Shown here piece after piece: positions 12,300 through 24,177 of a DNA stretch of 64,000 bases. The notes beneath the pieces were generated by a model, which saw only the letters and a list, made by a program, of their open reading frames with translations, did no database searches and was not told the DNA's origin. This stretch comes from Chiloscyllium plagiosum (lineage: Eukaryota), in assembly GCF_004010195.1 (NCBI RefSeq), contig NC_057749.1:7399416-7463415 (forward strand). The letters are read 5' to 3'. Each line of letters opens with the position of its first letter. The stretch's first letter is position 1. Both the position numbers and the translations under genes were made by a program.

Positions 12300-12660
12300 T
12301 TTTTTTTAAAAATTCATTCACGGGATGAGGCATTGCTGGCCAGGCAACAATGTTTGCCTATCCCTGATTGCCCAGAGGGAGTTAAGAATCAACCACATTG
12401 CTGTGGGTCTCGAGTCATGTGTAGGCCAGACAGGGTAAGGATGGCAGTTTCCTTCCCTAAAGGACATTAGTGAACCAGCTGAGCTCTTCCAACAATCGAC
12501 AATGGATGCACGGTCAACATTAGACTCCTAATTCCAAATACTTATTGAATTCAAATTCCACCATCTGCCTTGGCAGGATTCAAACCCCGGTCTCCTGAAC
12601 CTACCTGGGTCTCTTTTTTTAACCGTCTAGTGATAATACCACTAGGCCATTGTCTCCCCA
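12300..12660 (-). mobile_element. tRNA-derived SINE family B
   Basis: Reverse complement of 57885-58224 type; ends ...ataataccactaggccat. Confidence 0.85.
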
Positions 12661-13784
12661 ACCATTATCAGGATTGGCAGGGCTTGAGATGTGCCTTAGA
12701 GTTAGGATTAAGCGAGAATATGTGAGTAAATGTGGAAATCTCTATTTTGTACCCAGAGCAATACAGGAATAATCAGGAGCCTTCCTCATGAACACGGGCA
12801 ATCTCCTGCTTTTCTCAAATGAGTGCCATGGAATCTTCAAAAGCTAGCTTGAACTTCAAGCAGTCAAACATCTCACTCAAAGGACAACAATGCAGCACTC
12901 CCTCCATACAAATGGTCTCTTGTCAATGCATTCAAGCTGCAGACAATACCACTACTTGGAAGATCTCCGGGATTCCAGGGTAAATACTGTGGTTGGCTCA
13001 CATTGTAGGGAAGTAGATGACAGCTAATTCTCTTCCTGTGATACCCCCTTGCCCTTTCTGAAAGGGTAATCATTCCCAGTCACATCTTGGTCTATACTGC
13101 CCACGAACCCAATTTGCCACTTTATTGACAGGCGCAAAATTACATTTTTACAACAGTCGCTTAGCTGGCAGCTATTAAAGACCTGGCATTTATACTGACA
13201 TAATCCTGCACACAGCCTAAAAGTCAACCATGTCAAATAAAAAAGGTTCACTTCTTCGAACAACTCTACAATTCCTATTGAACAGAAAGGGATTAGCCTT
13301 TAAAGTGCATAGAATTTCAAATCAATCGGGTTCCAATGAGGAAAAGGACTCCAAAGTTTTCTTATTTGCAACTTTGGAAAATCTAATACAATTTCAATGA
13401 GATATGCCATTTGCAAGTAGAGGATCAGAGCAAGTGAGTAATTAATCATTTGTAGCATTTCCTATAGAAGGGCCTCTGTGTACATTGCAAAGAACATTAA
13501 GTAGGGAGTATTATCGAATAGGAGCGAAAAGAGGTGAGTCAGATATAAGGATGGCTTGGGTTCCCAACTTGTATTGAATTTTGGAACGTTTTTGGCAAAG
13601 GAAGAAAAGATGGAATGATTTTAAAAGAGAGAGTTCCAACAGGTAGGGCTTTCGATCTCCATGAAACAAACTCGTATTGGTATTCTTCCCCTGGATGGAC
13701 AAAACATGTGGATAAACCAAAGCCCTTGTTTTACACTGCAACCACAGTTGTGCTCACATGACTGATCATTTTAACAGAAGAAAA

Positions 13785-14520
13785 ATGGAGAGACAATACA
13801 GGATCAATGGTACAACTTTAAAGGACGCTGAGGGACCTTGGGGTTCACATACATGATTCTGTGAAGGTAGTCAGGCAAGTTGAAACAATTGTTACGATGG
13901 TGTAAAGAATCCTTGGGTTTATAAATAAAGGCATGGAGTAAAGTGAGGAAGTGATGCTACATCTCTACAAATCATTGGTCAGACCGTATTTGGAGTATTG
14001 CGCTCAGTTCCGGGCATCTCCTTTAAGGAAGGATGTTAAACCCTTAGCGAGAGATCAAAGGAGATTTACTGGAATGATACTGGAACTGAGGGATTTGAGG
14101 TATAAAATTAGAGCAGTTGGGATATTCTCCTTTGAGCAGAGAAGATTAAGAGGTGGCCTTATTGACGTGTACTAAATTATGAACAATGTTGATAGAGTAA
14201 AGAAGGATATTCCGTTTCCACTAGTTGGTGCGTCAGTAACTGTTTGAAGATTGTCAGCAAGAGAGCTAGGAGTGAGATGAGGTGAAAGTTCTTCAATCAG
14301 GAAGTTGTTAGGATTTGGAATAAGCTGCCTGGGAGAATGGTGGAGGCAGATTTCATAGGAAGCTTCAAAAGAGAGCTGGATATATATGTGTAAGTGATTT
14401 GGTTAGATGGCCATGGTTAGATAGGGCTGGAGAATGGGTCTAGCTCGGTAGCTCTTTCGGGAGCCAGTATAGATATGATGGGTTGAACGACATCCTTCTG
14501 TACTGTAAAATTCTGTGATT
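13785..14520 (+). mobile_element. CR1 LINE 3' fragment (older subfamily)
   Basis: LYKSLVRPYLEYCAQF...EQRRLRGGLIDVY remnant. Confidence 0.85.
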
Positions 14521-15079
14521 TAAAAAATAAGGTTTATGCTTGTTAATGGTTCGATGAATTTTGCATAAGCATCAAGAACTCAACAACTTTGAATTGATAC
14601 ACTGCTGGATTTGGTTTGCTTGCTGAGCTTCTCAAAACTTGCTGATACACGGCTTCAAAATGTTGTCAAAATTCCCTATGAAAGTTCCCCAGTGATTAGG
14701 GATCCAAACTTTTTTACTCCATTGTGTCCTGTTTCTTTTGCATATTACAGGTCATCTCAATGTTCTTCCAGTCTCTCCTTCTACTGGACCACGTTTCTTC
14801 TCTTCCTCCCAATCCATTATTCCACTTTGCCCAGTTTCATGGTATACAGTTTTTTTGGTGAACTGAACTCATGTTATTTGGTGATTTATTAGATCAGAAG
14901 TGAGGCTAAGACAGCATAACTGGGAATGTTGACTCCCAAACCCCCCATCACCTGCACTAGATTATGATTCAAACAGAATAGCACTGGAAGTACAAAAAAT
15001 AATTTTTAAAACAGGCTCTGGTGAAGAGTCTGCTGTGGCACACAAAATGGCCACCTTCCCAAAATGGCAGTATGACAAC

Positions 15080-15280
15080 ATGGGTTGCCAAACTCTGCAT
15101 TGGTGCATTTATCCTTCCATCTCTAGCCACCTTGCCAAGTCAAGTCTGCACTTTTCTTTTTGTCCTGCCCACCTGCAATGTTTTTATCATTAGTAAACTG
15201 GAATTCTTTAATGAGAAAGCATCTGGTTTTTAATACTCCCATGTTTTTCTCAGAAACATCCTGGAGGTTTAGCGACCCTA
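15080..15280. mobile_element. Possible hAT (Blackjack-like) MITE
   Basis: Imperfect TIRs tgggttgccaaac / gtttagcgacccta; no TSD visible. A related element may lie at ~54508-54753. Confidence 0.4.
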
Positions 15281-16110
15281 CATTTTCAATGTTGCTGTTT
15301 GTGCAGACTGGTGCTTCACAGCTTTTCTCTGGTAAAGCAATCAGTCCCCTAATTTTTTTTTAAAAACAAGACCCAGGTCCACTGTTGCCTCAATTCCCTT
15401 TTGTTCCAAATCTTATTTATTTTTAGTGAAACTGAAAGTGACATTAGCTGCACACGTATCTCTATACTGTGAGCAAGATCGATACAGTATGCAGGTTAAA
15501 AGGGCTACAGGTGGACATCTGGGGGACAGGACTCAACCTATTGTAAAGAATGAGAAGAAAAGAGCTCATATGTCCAGATTACATCGGGTGGCGTGCCCAC
15601 ATGAACTTCTTCGACTATACTGTTTAAAGACGCTTGCTAATCCAATTAAAGTAAATGGGCAAATTAATGTGCTAAAATACCTTATCGAGACACCATGCCA
15701 ACGCATTCATTATAAATACCGCTGACAGCAATAGGATGCTGTGCAGCTTCTTTCACACCAAGAGTCTTTCACTGTGCAATGTGAAGGAATGGTGTCTGTG
15801 AGTTAGGCCCTGCAATCACACTGATACACCAGGCACTTTCAACACAGATTGTAGCGCTGCTTCTCTGTTTCTAAAAACAGGGTACAAATTCTGTCACTGG
15901 GGATAAGGGCGCTCGATTTGACAATTGCAGGGAGCTGGCACACAGACAGCAGTCAGACAAAAACCAAACTGAATGACTCCCTGACAACTAATTTTTTTTT
16001 CAAATTACATTGGAAGGATGCAAATGAAAGGGAAAGTGAGTTGTGGGAGAGAATACATAAAGAGACAAAGAAATGTATGTAAGAGAGGGAGAAAGAATGA
16101 GAATATAAAA

Positions 16111-16300
16111 TGTGGAGGTGCTGATGTTGGACTGGGGTGAACAAAGGTAAAAATCACACAATGCTAGGTTCTAGACCACCAGGTTTATTCAGAAGGACTA
16201 GTTTTCAGAGTGCTACTGCTTTGTCAGGTGATGAAGGAGCAGTGCTCTGAAAGCTTGTACTTTCAAATATACTGTTGGACTATAACCTGGTATTGTGAGA
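16111..16300. mobile_element. Penelope-like fold-back element (family C), decayed
   Basis: Inverted arms around ~16228 (…ttgtcagg|tgatgaaggagcagtgctctgaaagctt…ctgttggactataacctgg). Confidence 0.75.
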
Positions 16301-16313
16301 ATCTAAGAGATAC

Positions 16314-16886
16314 TGTGACAATACAATGGTTGCATTTTGTCCTGGGGTTTTTTTGGGAGAGATTTTAAGACAGAGGTGGAACGCCGGCTCGGTGAATCAA
16401 ATAAAATCAACAACTTGTGAGCTCTTGGGATTGTTTTATTAAGTTGAAACAATAGAAGCAGCCTGAATGGGTGGGGCCAGCCCCATAGAACTAGGATTTT
16501 TAGCTCTCAGTCACTGTTGTTGCTGGGGTCTCAGCAGGGATTGGGAAGCTATAGTTGCACATGAGACAATCTGCTTTCTAAATTTGTTTTTTGTCAAGGG
16601 GGTGTTTATGGGATGACACTGTATTGGAATAGTTAACTAGTTACTGTTGTTACTGAATCAATCATTTTGTTCAGCATTTCAATAGAGTTACAGCTAAACC
16701 AACTATTTTCTTTTATCTCTTTGTTTGCTATATTTTAACTGAAGAAAGTATGTGTATCTTTAAGGTTGATAATTTGACCCATCAAATTGCATCTGGAACA
16801 CAACACTTACCTTTAAAACCAGAAAAAGTCAGGATCTAGGCTACCTTCTTCATCTATTTTGAGGGGTTTTGGTCTTGTACATAACA
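16314..16886 (+). mobile_element. Solo LTR (Gypsy-like), ~573 bp
   Basis: Begins tgtgaca, ends ataaca, flanked by 4-bp direct repeat atac (16310-16313, 16887-16890). Strand is a guess. Confidence 0.6.
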
Positions 16887-17164
16887 ATACAAGGAATGTT
16901 TTCAAAAACACAGAAGTTATTTTCTTTGCCACATACTTATTGATCTGCTCAGTGTTTTGAGTGTGTTTTGCTTTTATAGAAAATTCATGTACAGAAGAGA
17001 AGGGGTATGGGGAGAAAGAATGGCACAGGCAACAGAAACACTGTTCAAAGGAGAATCACTCATCAGAACAAATGCAAGAATGCCAAATTTCAAATGATCA
17101 TGACAATTTATATGACAGGAGAAAAGGGCAATGGTTGATTAGCAAAGTCAACTAATGATAGGCT

Positions 17165-17483
17165 TTAGATTAGATTAGATTACTTACAGTGTGGAAACAG
17201 GCCCTTCGGCCCAACAAGTCCACACCGACCCGCCGAAGCGCAACCCACCCATACCCCTACATTTACCCCTTTAACCTAACACTACGGGCAATTTAGCATG
17301 GCCAATTCACCTGACCTGCACATCTTTGGACTGTGGGAGGAAACCGGAGCACCCGGAGGAAACCCACGCAGACACGGGGAGAATGTGCAAACTCCACACA
17401 GTCAGTCGCCTGAGTCGGGAATTGAACCCGGGTCTCTGGCGCTGTGAGGCAGCAGTGCTAACCACTGTGCCACCGTGCCGCCC
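17165..17483 (-). mobile_element. HE1-type V-SINE, very young
   Basis: Complete, CpG-rich, (ttaga)n tail. Confidence 0.95.
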
Positions 17484-17506
17484 ACTAAGCAAACAAAGGG
17501 TAACTA

Positions 17507-17803
17507 TCTGCTGCCTCTCAGTGCCAGGGACCGGGGTTCATTTCCACTCTCGGGTGACTGTCTATACGGAGTTTGTACATTCTCCCTGTGTCTGTGTGGG
17601 ATTCCTACTACAGTCGAAAGATATGCAGGTTAGGCTAAATTGCCCATAGTGTCCAGGGACGTGCAGGCTACATTGATTAACCACGGGAAATGCAGGTTTC
17701 CAGAGATAGGATAGTGGGGTGGGTCTGGGTGGGATACTCCAGAGAGTCGGTGTGGATTCGATGGGATGAATGGCCTGCTTCCACATGATAAGGATTCTTT
17801 GAT
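17507..17803 (+). mobile_element. HE1-type V-SINE, older, 5' clipped
   Basis: ctgctgcctctcagtgccaggga...aatggcctgcttccacatg. Confidence 0.85.
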
Positions 17804-18274
17804 TCTGAATAATTCAACAAAAGCACAAGATTTGGAAATATTCCTCATATAAAATTGGACACATTGATGCAATTAGATTGATGTGTGCACCTATACATGT
17901 CCATGAAGTACAAGCACATGGACAGAACAAAATAGCTGCTTCACAGGCCTTATGGATAGGATTCGTCTCAGTCTTCCACAAAGCCTCTGCCATCCCGCAA
18001 CCTAGAATTGTTATGTACACAATACTCTGTATTAATATCAATAAATCACAGCCTTTAGTGTCCTTGAATGGTTTACAGCCTATGACCTGTAGATCAGACT
18101 GGGTAGGAATGGCAGATTCTCTTCCCAAAAGGAAGTAAGTGAACCTGATGAGTTTTTAAGGAGAATCTGATAGTTTCACGGTCACTATTGTGGATGCATT
18201 AGCTTGTTTCCTTCCAGATTCTGGGATCTACATCACAAGGGGGATGCAGTGGAGAGGTGATTTTTCTCCTTCTT

Positions 18275-18603
18275 TATTCATTCACAGGGTGAGGGTGTTG
18301 CTGGCCAGACCAGCATTTATGGCCCAGATGGCAGTTAAGAGCCAACCACATTTCCATGGGGCTGGAGTCACATGTAAGCCAGACCAGATAAGGATGGCAG
18401 TTTCCTTCCTTAAAGGACATTAATGAACCAAATGGGTTTTTCCCAGACAATCAACTTCATCAAGCATTAATTCCAGAATCTTTTTAATTGAATTCAAATT
18501 CCACCATTTGCCATCGTGGGATTTGAACCCTGGTTCCCAGAACACTAGCTGGGCCTCTGAATTAAGAATCCAGTCAATAATACCACTAGGCCATCACCTC
18601 CCC
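18275..18603 (-). mobile_element. tRNA-derived SINE family B
   Basis: Matches 12300-12660. Confidence 0.85.
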
Positions 18604-18605
18604 TT

Positions 18606-19062
18606 ACCATGATGTTGACTGGGCTGGAGATTTTCAGCTATTGGATAGACTGTGGCTGTTTTCCTTGGAGCAGAGGAGATTGAGAAGGGACTTGATTAAA
18701 ATGTGTAACATCATGAGGGGCTTTATGGGGTAGATAGGGAGAAACGTTTTCCTTTGATGGAGGGATCCATGACCGGGGTGGGGGCGCTATGGATTAAAGG
18801 GAAGGGGCAGGAGCTTTAGAGGGGGAGGTGAGGAAAATCTTTTTCACCCAGAGGGTGGTGGGAATCTGGAACTCACGGCCTGTAAGGGTTGGAGAGGCAG
18901 GAACCCTTTGAGACGTATTCAGATGTGTGCTTGTGACAAAGCATACAGGACTACAGGCCAAGTGCTAGGAAATGGAATTAGAATAGTGAGATGGTTGTTT
19001 TTGACATGTACGGCTGTGATGGGCCCAAGGGCCTTTTTCTGTGCTGTGGATGTCTATGACTA
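18606..19062 (+). mobile_element. CR1 LINE 3' fragment
   Basis: ttttcacccagagggtggtgggaatctggaactc...ctgtgctgtggatgtctatgact. Confidence 0.8.
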
Positions 19063-19966
19063 TTTATTTATACTGTCATGGTGGATTTCAATCTCCCATT
19101 TTTAAGTCACTGGGGACTCGATTGCCAGTCCAGTAGAATACCTTCATTGCTATTCAACCCAACTTTGTGCTGTATAGATATACACACACAAATGTATCAT
19201 CAGTGTGTTATAATTCTATTCTAATCTCCCATTTAATGGTGACACAAAGGAACCTGCCCTGTCCACAAACCTGGTAAAACAAACATGGCCCCATGTTGTA
19301 AATACATGTTTCATCAGCATTTCTTAATTACTTGCTCCCCTCAGTGTGACCACACGGTGGGAAAGGGTTTACATTTGCTGGATTTGCCCCTGAGTAAAGA
19401 TTGATGGAAGGCGAACGAGATGGACTTTGGTCTTTGTCACACCATTCCCAAGCTGAGTGAGTTCAGCAAACAGCTGGATGCAGTGCGTCGAGATCAGATG
19501 ATGAGAAATAACCCCGAGGGGAGGTGAAAATCCATCGTCCCCTTGTGAATGAATGCACTTCTGTCACGGAGAGAGAAATGCAAATTGCCACCTCATGACA
19601 GGTTGTGGTTGGAGCAGTAATCGGACCTTAGGGAGTAGACGATTTAGCACACACCCTCTGCTAGGGAGAAAAAGACAGAGCATTTTATGGGGCCTCACAG
19701 CTGTCAAAACCCAGGCAGACCTCAACACTTGCCATCGCTGTCTCTCAGTTTGTAACAGCATCATCCCGTAAGCCCACTGGCGGAGACAACACATGTTTTG
19801 GGAATCCCTGTGTTAAGTAATCATACAAAACACTGAAGGAACTACATACAGAGGAGGGAATAAGTGCTAGTTCGGAAGGAAAACCTGTTGATTAGTCCTT
19901 TGTGTCCATTATCCATCACACATTCTGTTTTCATGCCAACCTCTGAATCCAACTAGTCCTTAGGAC

Positions 19967-20125
19967 CGAACAAAAAAAAAACTGCAGGTGCTGGCAAAAT
20001 AGAAACTGCTGGAGAAACTCAACTGGTCTGGTAGCATCTGTAGAGAGAAAGCAGAGTTAATGTTTTGGGTCCAGTGACCCTTCTTCAGAGCTGAACTGAA
20101 GTTCTTCCCACAGTTTCTATTTTTG
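19967..20125. mobile_element. Penelope-like fragment (family B) with ~13-bp TSD
   Basis: Minus-strand decayed hammerhead ctgaagaagggtcactggacccaaaacatt; tagtcctta(a)ggac at 19954 and 20126. Confidence 0.75.
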
Positions 20126-20367
20126 TAGTCCTTAAGGACGACAGTATATCCTTCCTCTTCCCGCTTAGTCCAACTGGTGTCCAGTTTGTGGCCATTTTTT
20201 AAAAATTCTATCTACCACCCAATGCCTTTTTCAGCCAATCTGACAGTTGCCTGCAGTAAAACATAAATACAAAGGGTGTCCAAATGGTTGTTCGCTGCTG
20301 TCGCCAAAATACACCCTTCACTTCCTGCATCAGAAAGAAATGAAATAGTCACTTTATACCATTACCA

Positions 20368-21212
20368 TGGGGAGACGGTGGCCTCGTGTTATTTTACTGG
20401 ACTATTAATATAGCGATACATGCAATGTTGTGGTGAACCTGGGCTCAAATCAAAGAAAGAAGAACAAAGAACAATACAGCACAGGAGCAGGCCCTCCAGC
20501 TCTCCAAGCCTGCGCTGACACATTTTGTCCTTCCATACTAAAACTGTCTTCACCTACAGGATCCATATCCCTCTATCCCCTTCCTGTTCCCTATATTCAT
20601 CCAGGTGCTTCCCGAATGCTGCTATTGTATCTGCTTCCACCACCTCCTCTGACAGTGCGTTCCAGGCACTCACCACCCTTTATGTGAAAAGCGTGCCTTG
20701 CACATCTCTTTCAAACTTCCCCCTTCACATCTTGAACCTGTGTTGCCTAGCAATTGACCCTTCCACCCTGGGAAAAAGCATCAAACTTTCCACTCTATCC
20801 ATGTCATTCAAAATCTTATAAACTTCTATCAGGTCACTCCTCAACTTCCTGTGTTCCAGTGAAAACAAACCCAATCTATTTCTTCATAGTTAAAATCCCC
20901 TGTAATAGGCAACATCCTGGTAAACCTTTTCCGTGTACTCTCCAAAGCATCCACATCCTTCACGGCAGATGGTGAAATTGGAATTCAATAAAACTCTGGA
21001 ATTAAGAGACTAATAATGACTCTGAACCCATTGTTTGTAAAAGTCCATCTGGTTTACTAATGCCCTTCAGGATACATGACCTGGTCTGACCTACATGTGA
21101 CACCAGGTGCAAATCAATGTAGTCGACTCTTAAATGCCCTCTGGGCAATTAGGGATGGGTAATAAATATGCACCTAGCTAGTGGCACCCTCATCCTATCA
21201 AAATTTTTTTTA
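20368..21212 (+). mobile_element. tRNA-derived SINE family B split by a CR1 insertion
   Basis: Head ends ...gggctcaaatc (20451) and resumes cacggcagatggtgaaattgg (20961). Confidence 0.8.
20452..20961 (-). mobile_element. CR1 LINE 3' fragment
   Basis: (ttcttt)-like tail at left; reverse-strand ORF2 C-terminal remnant. Confidence 0.85.
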
Positions 21213-22039
21213 AAGCCTTTTTCTTCAGCAAGGTATCATTTCTCTCCCTCTCCAGTTCAGTCACCCGCTCATTGCACCAGACATATTTTTAATTTGTATC
21301 CTTCTTGTTGAAGAAAGACTGTCTCAGGCTAAGGTGGCCAGATTTGCAATTTGCAAAACAGAGTCACCCAGACAGCAAGCAAACTATTACATGGGCTGCA
21401 GATGTGTGATTAAGCAGCTCATTATGGGTTGATGTCTCCGTCAACCGGTTTGCAAATCCATGTTGCTCTGAATTTCAAAGTGGCTATGAGCATGTACGCA
21501 TGTATGTATATAACTCTGTTATATCACACATACATATTTATATGCAGATGGCAAGCCTTTGCCGATGCATAATTATATACATGATGGATAGGAATTCTGC
21601 TTTGTTGTTCCTTTCTTGTTCCTCGCTTTGTGTAAGTTCTTCCAGCATGTTAAGATTACCACCTCAAATTCTCTTTAGCTTCCGACTGTCATTTGATACA
21701 ACTGTCAGCTTTGTAGGGTTTTAGAAGAGCTTTCCATACACATTCAGCACGTCTGGAGCTCCTGTCTACCCCGATCCTTCACTCCGTTTTCTCATCAATT
21801 CTTTCCCTCCCAAGTTCCTTTACTGTTACTGGTCCCTATCTCTCTAATAATCTCTAACTCTACAAACTTCGACATTCCTCCAGTTCTTCTCTCAAGTTTA
21901 AATCAATCCACGGTTGACAGCCATACCTTCAGCTGTCTATTCAATGAACCTCTCCAATTCTTTCTGCATCTCTTTCTTCCCATTGAAGACTATATCTTCA
22001 GTCAAGCTTTTTCTACTTGGCCTAGTATTTCCAGTCCAA

Positions 22040-22350
22040 GAGACTTTAGCATGTATTCTAGGCTAGCACTCTACTGCAGGACTGAGGGAGTGCTGCACTC
22101 TCTGCACTGATGTCTTTTGCAATCAAACCAAGGTTCCATCCACCTGACTGGATGGAAAAACAAAGAAAACAATGATTCTATTTGAAGGAGAGGAGGGACA
22201 CACTAACCAATGCTTAACCCACTCCGAGCATCACCACAAACCAGAATTTTTCCGCTCATTGCCTCCATCAGTGTTTGTGGGATCCTGCTATGTACAAATG
22301 TTCACTGTGAACTTTCCAATCCTATCATTGTCTGCACAGTGCTTTATGAT
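22040..22350 (+). mobile_element. DeuSINE-like copy
   Basis: actgagggagtgctgcact...tatttgaaggagagg...gtttgtgggatcctgctatgtacaaat. Confidence 0.6.
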
Positions 22351-22913
22351 GTCCTGCATCTAGTGATGACCATGAAATCATTGCCAAATGTCGGAAAAAG
22401 CCCATCTGGTTCATTAATACCCTTTACAAAACATTACCCGGTCTGGCCTCCATGAGCCTCCAGATCCATAGCATGACCTGATGTCTTAGGACACACAACG
22501 TAAGGACATGCTCTTCTGTCTTCTCCAGGAGGAAAAGCAGTTGGTGAAGCATGATGCAAGAGTGCCCATCATATCTCCTTCCAAGAAAGAGTCAATGGCC
22601 TCAAGGCCAGAGGTGGGTTGGGGGAAGGGGATGTTGACAAGAAAATAGATGGAAGAGTACTGTGTTGCACAGTAATTTTGAGTATGTGTCCTTTTGAAGG
22701 GCAGTAGCCGAATGCATAGAATGTTACATCTAGAACAATGTGTCTATATTTACTAAAAGACAGACCTACCCACTGGAGCTTTGGGGAAAGTCACTAAATA
22801 GGTCTCTGGGGTAAAACGGTTAACCCATGATGAGAGGCTGGGCAATTTAGACCCATCATTCTTTAAAACCCCAGAGAACAGAGGCAATCCCATTGAAACA
22901 AAGAGGAGGGGTC

Positions 22914-23581
22914 CCCAACCCAGGTAAATAGTGCGGTGAAGAAGGCATATGGCGTACTGGCTTTTATTGGTAGAGGAATTGAGTTCCGGAGTACTGAGGT
23001 CATGATGCAGTTGTATAAGACTCTGGTGCGGCCGCATCTGGAATATTGTGTGCAGTTTTGGTCACCATAATATAGGAAGGATGTGGAGGCACTGGAACGG
23101 GTGCAGAGGAGGTTTACCAGGATGTTGCCTGGTATGGTAGAAAGATCGTATGAGGCACTTGGGGTTGTTTTCTTGGCACTTGGGAAAGGCTGAGGCACTT
23201 GGGGTTGTTTTCATTGGAGAAAAGAAGGTTTAGGGGTGACTTGATAGAGGTGTATAAGATGATTAGGGGTTTAGATAGGGTCGACAGTGAGAATCTTTTT
23301 CCACGTATAGAGTCAGCTATTACAAGGGGGCATAGCTTTAAATTAAGGGGGGGGTAGGTATAGGATAGATGTTAGGGATAGGTTCTTTACTCAGCGAGTC
23401 GTGAGTTCATGGAATGCCCTGCCAGTAGCAGTGGTGGACTCTCCCTCATTATGGGCATTTAAGCGGGCATTGGATAGGCATATGGAGGATAGTGGGCTAG
23501 TGTAGGTTAGGTGGGCTTGGATCAGCGCAACATTGAGGGCCGAAGGGCCTGTACTGCGCTGTATTCTTCTATGTTCTATGT
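22914..23581 (+). mobile_element. CR1 LINE 3' fragment, young
   Basis: LYKTLVRPHLEYCVQFWSP remnant; (ttctatg)n tail; many CpGs retained. Confidence 0.9.
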
Positions 23582-23859
23582 TAACGTACAAGCATCTAAC
23601 TTATGAACACTTTTCTGTCCAAATGTAATCCCATACAGGGGTGTAATTTTAAAAACCCGACATGCAAATATTCCTGCACTCACGATCAGCTGCTTTCCAT
23701 TGCCCTGCATTGTGTTCCGACTTGTGTAAAAATCAACTTGAAACTGGCCTCTGGAATGTAACCCAGTGACTGCCTGTATAAGATTCTTATGGAGATTGAT
23801 ACTGTGGAGGCTGAGTGATGTTTCTGCAAGTCTCAAAGTCTAAAACACACAGACACGGT

Positions 23860-24177
23860 TTAGATTAGATTCTCTATAGTGTGGAAACAGGCTCTTTGGC
23901 CCAACAAGTCCATACCGTTACCTCAGAGAGCAACCCACCCAGACCCATTCCCCTACATTTTCCTCTGACTAATGAACCTGATACTATGAGCAATTTAGCA
24001 TGGCCAAATCACCTGACCTGCACACCCTTGGGCTGTGGGAGGAAACCAGAGCACCTAGAGGAAACCCACACAGACAATGGGGAGAACGTGCAAACTCTAC
24101 AGAGATAGTTGCCCAAGGGTGGAATCGAACCCAGTCCCTGGTGCTGTTAAGCAGCAGTGCTAACCACTGTGCCACCC
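23860..24177 (-). mobile_element. HE1-type V-SINE
   Basis: Reverse complement of HE1 consensus. Confidence 0.9.

Noticed and set aside
19330..19570. Exon-like unique stretch
   Set aside because: Open frames are short on both strands, with no recognisable peptide or consistent splice pair.
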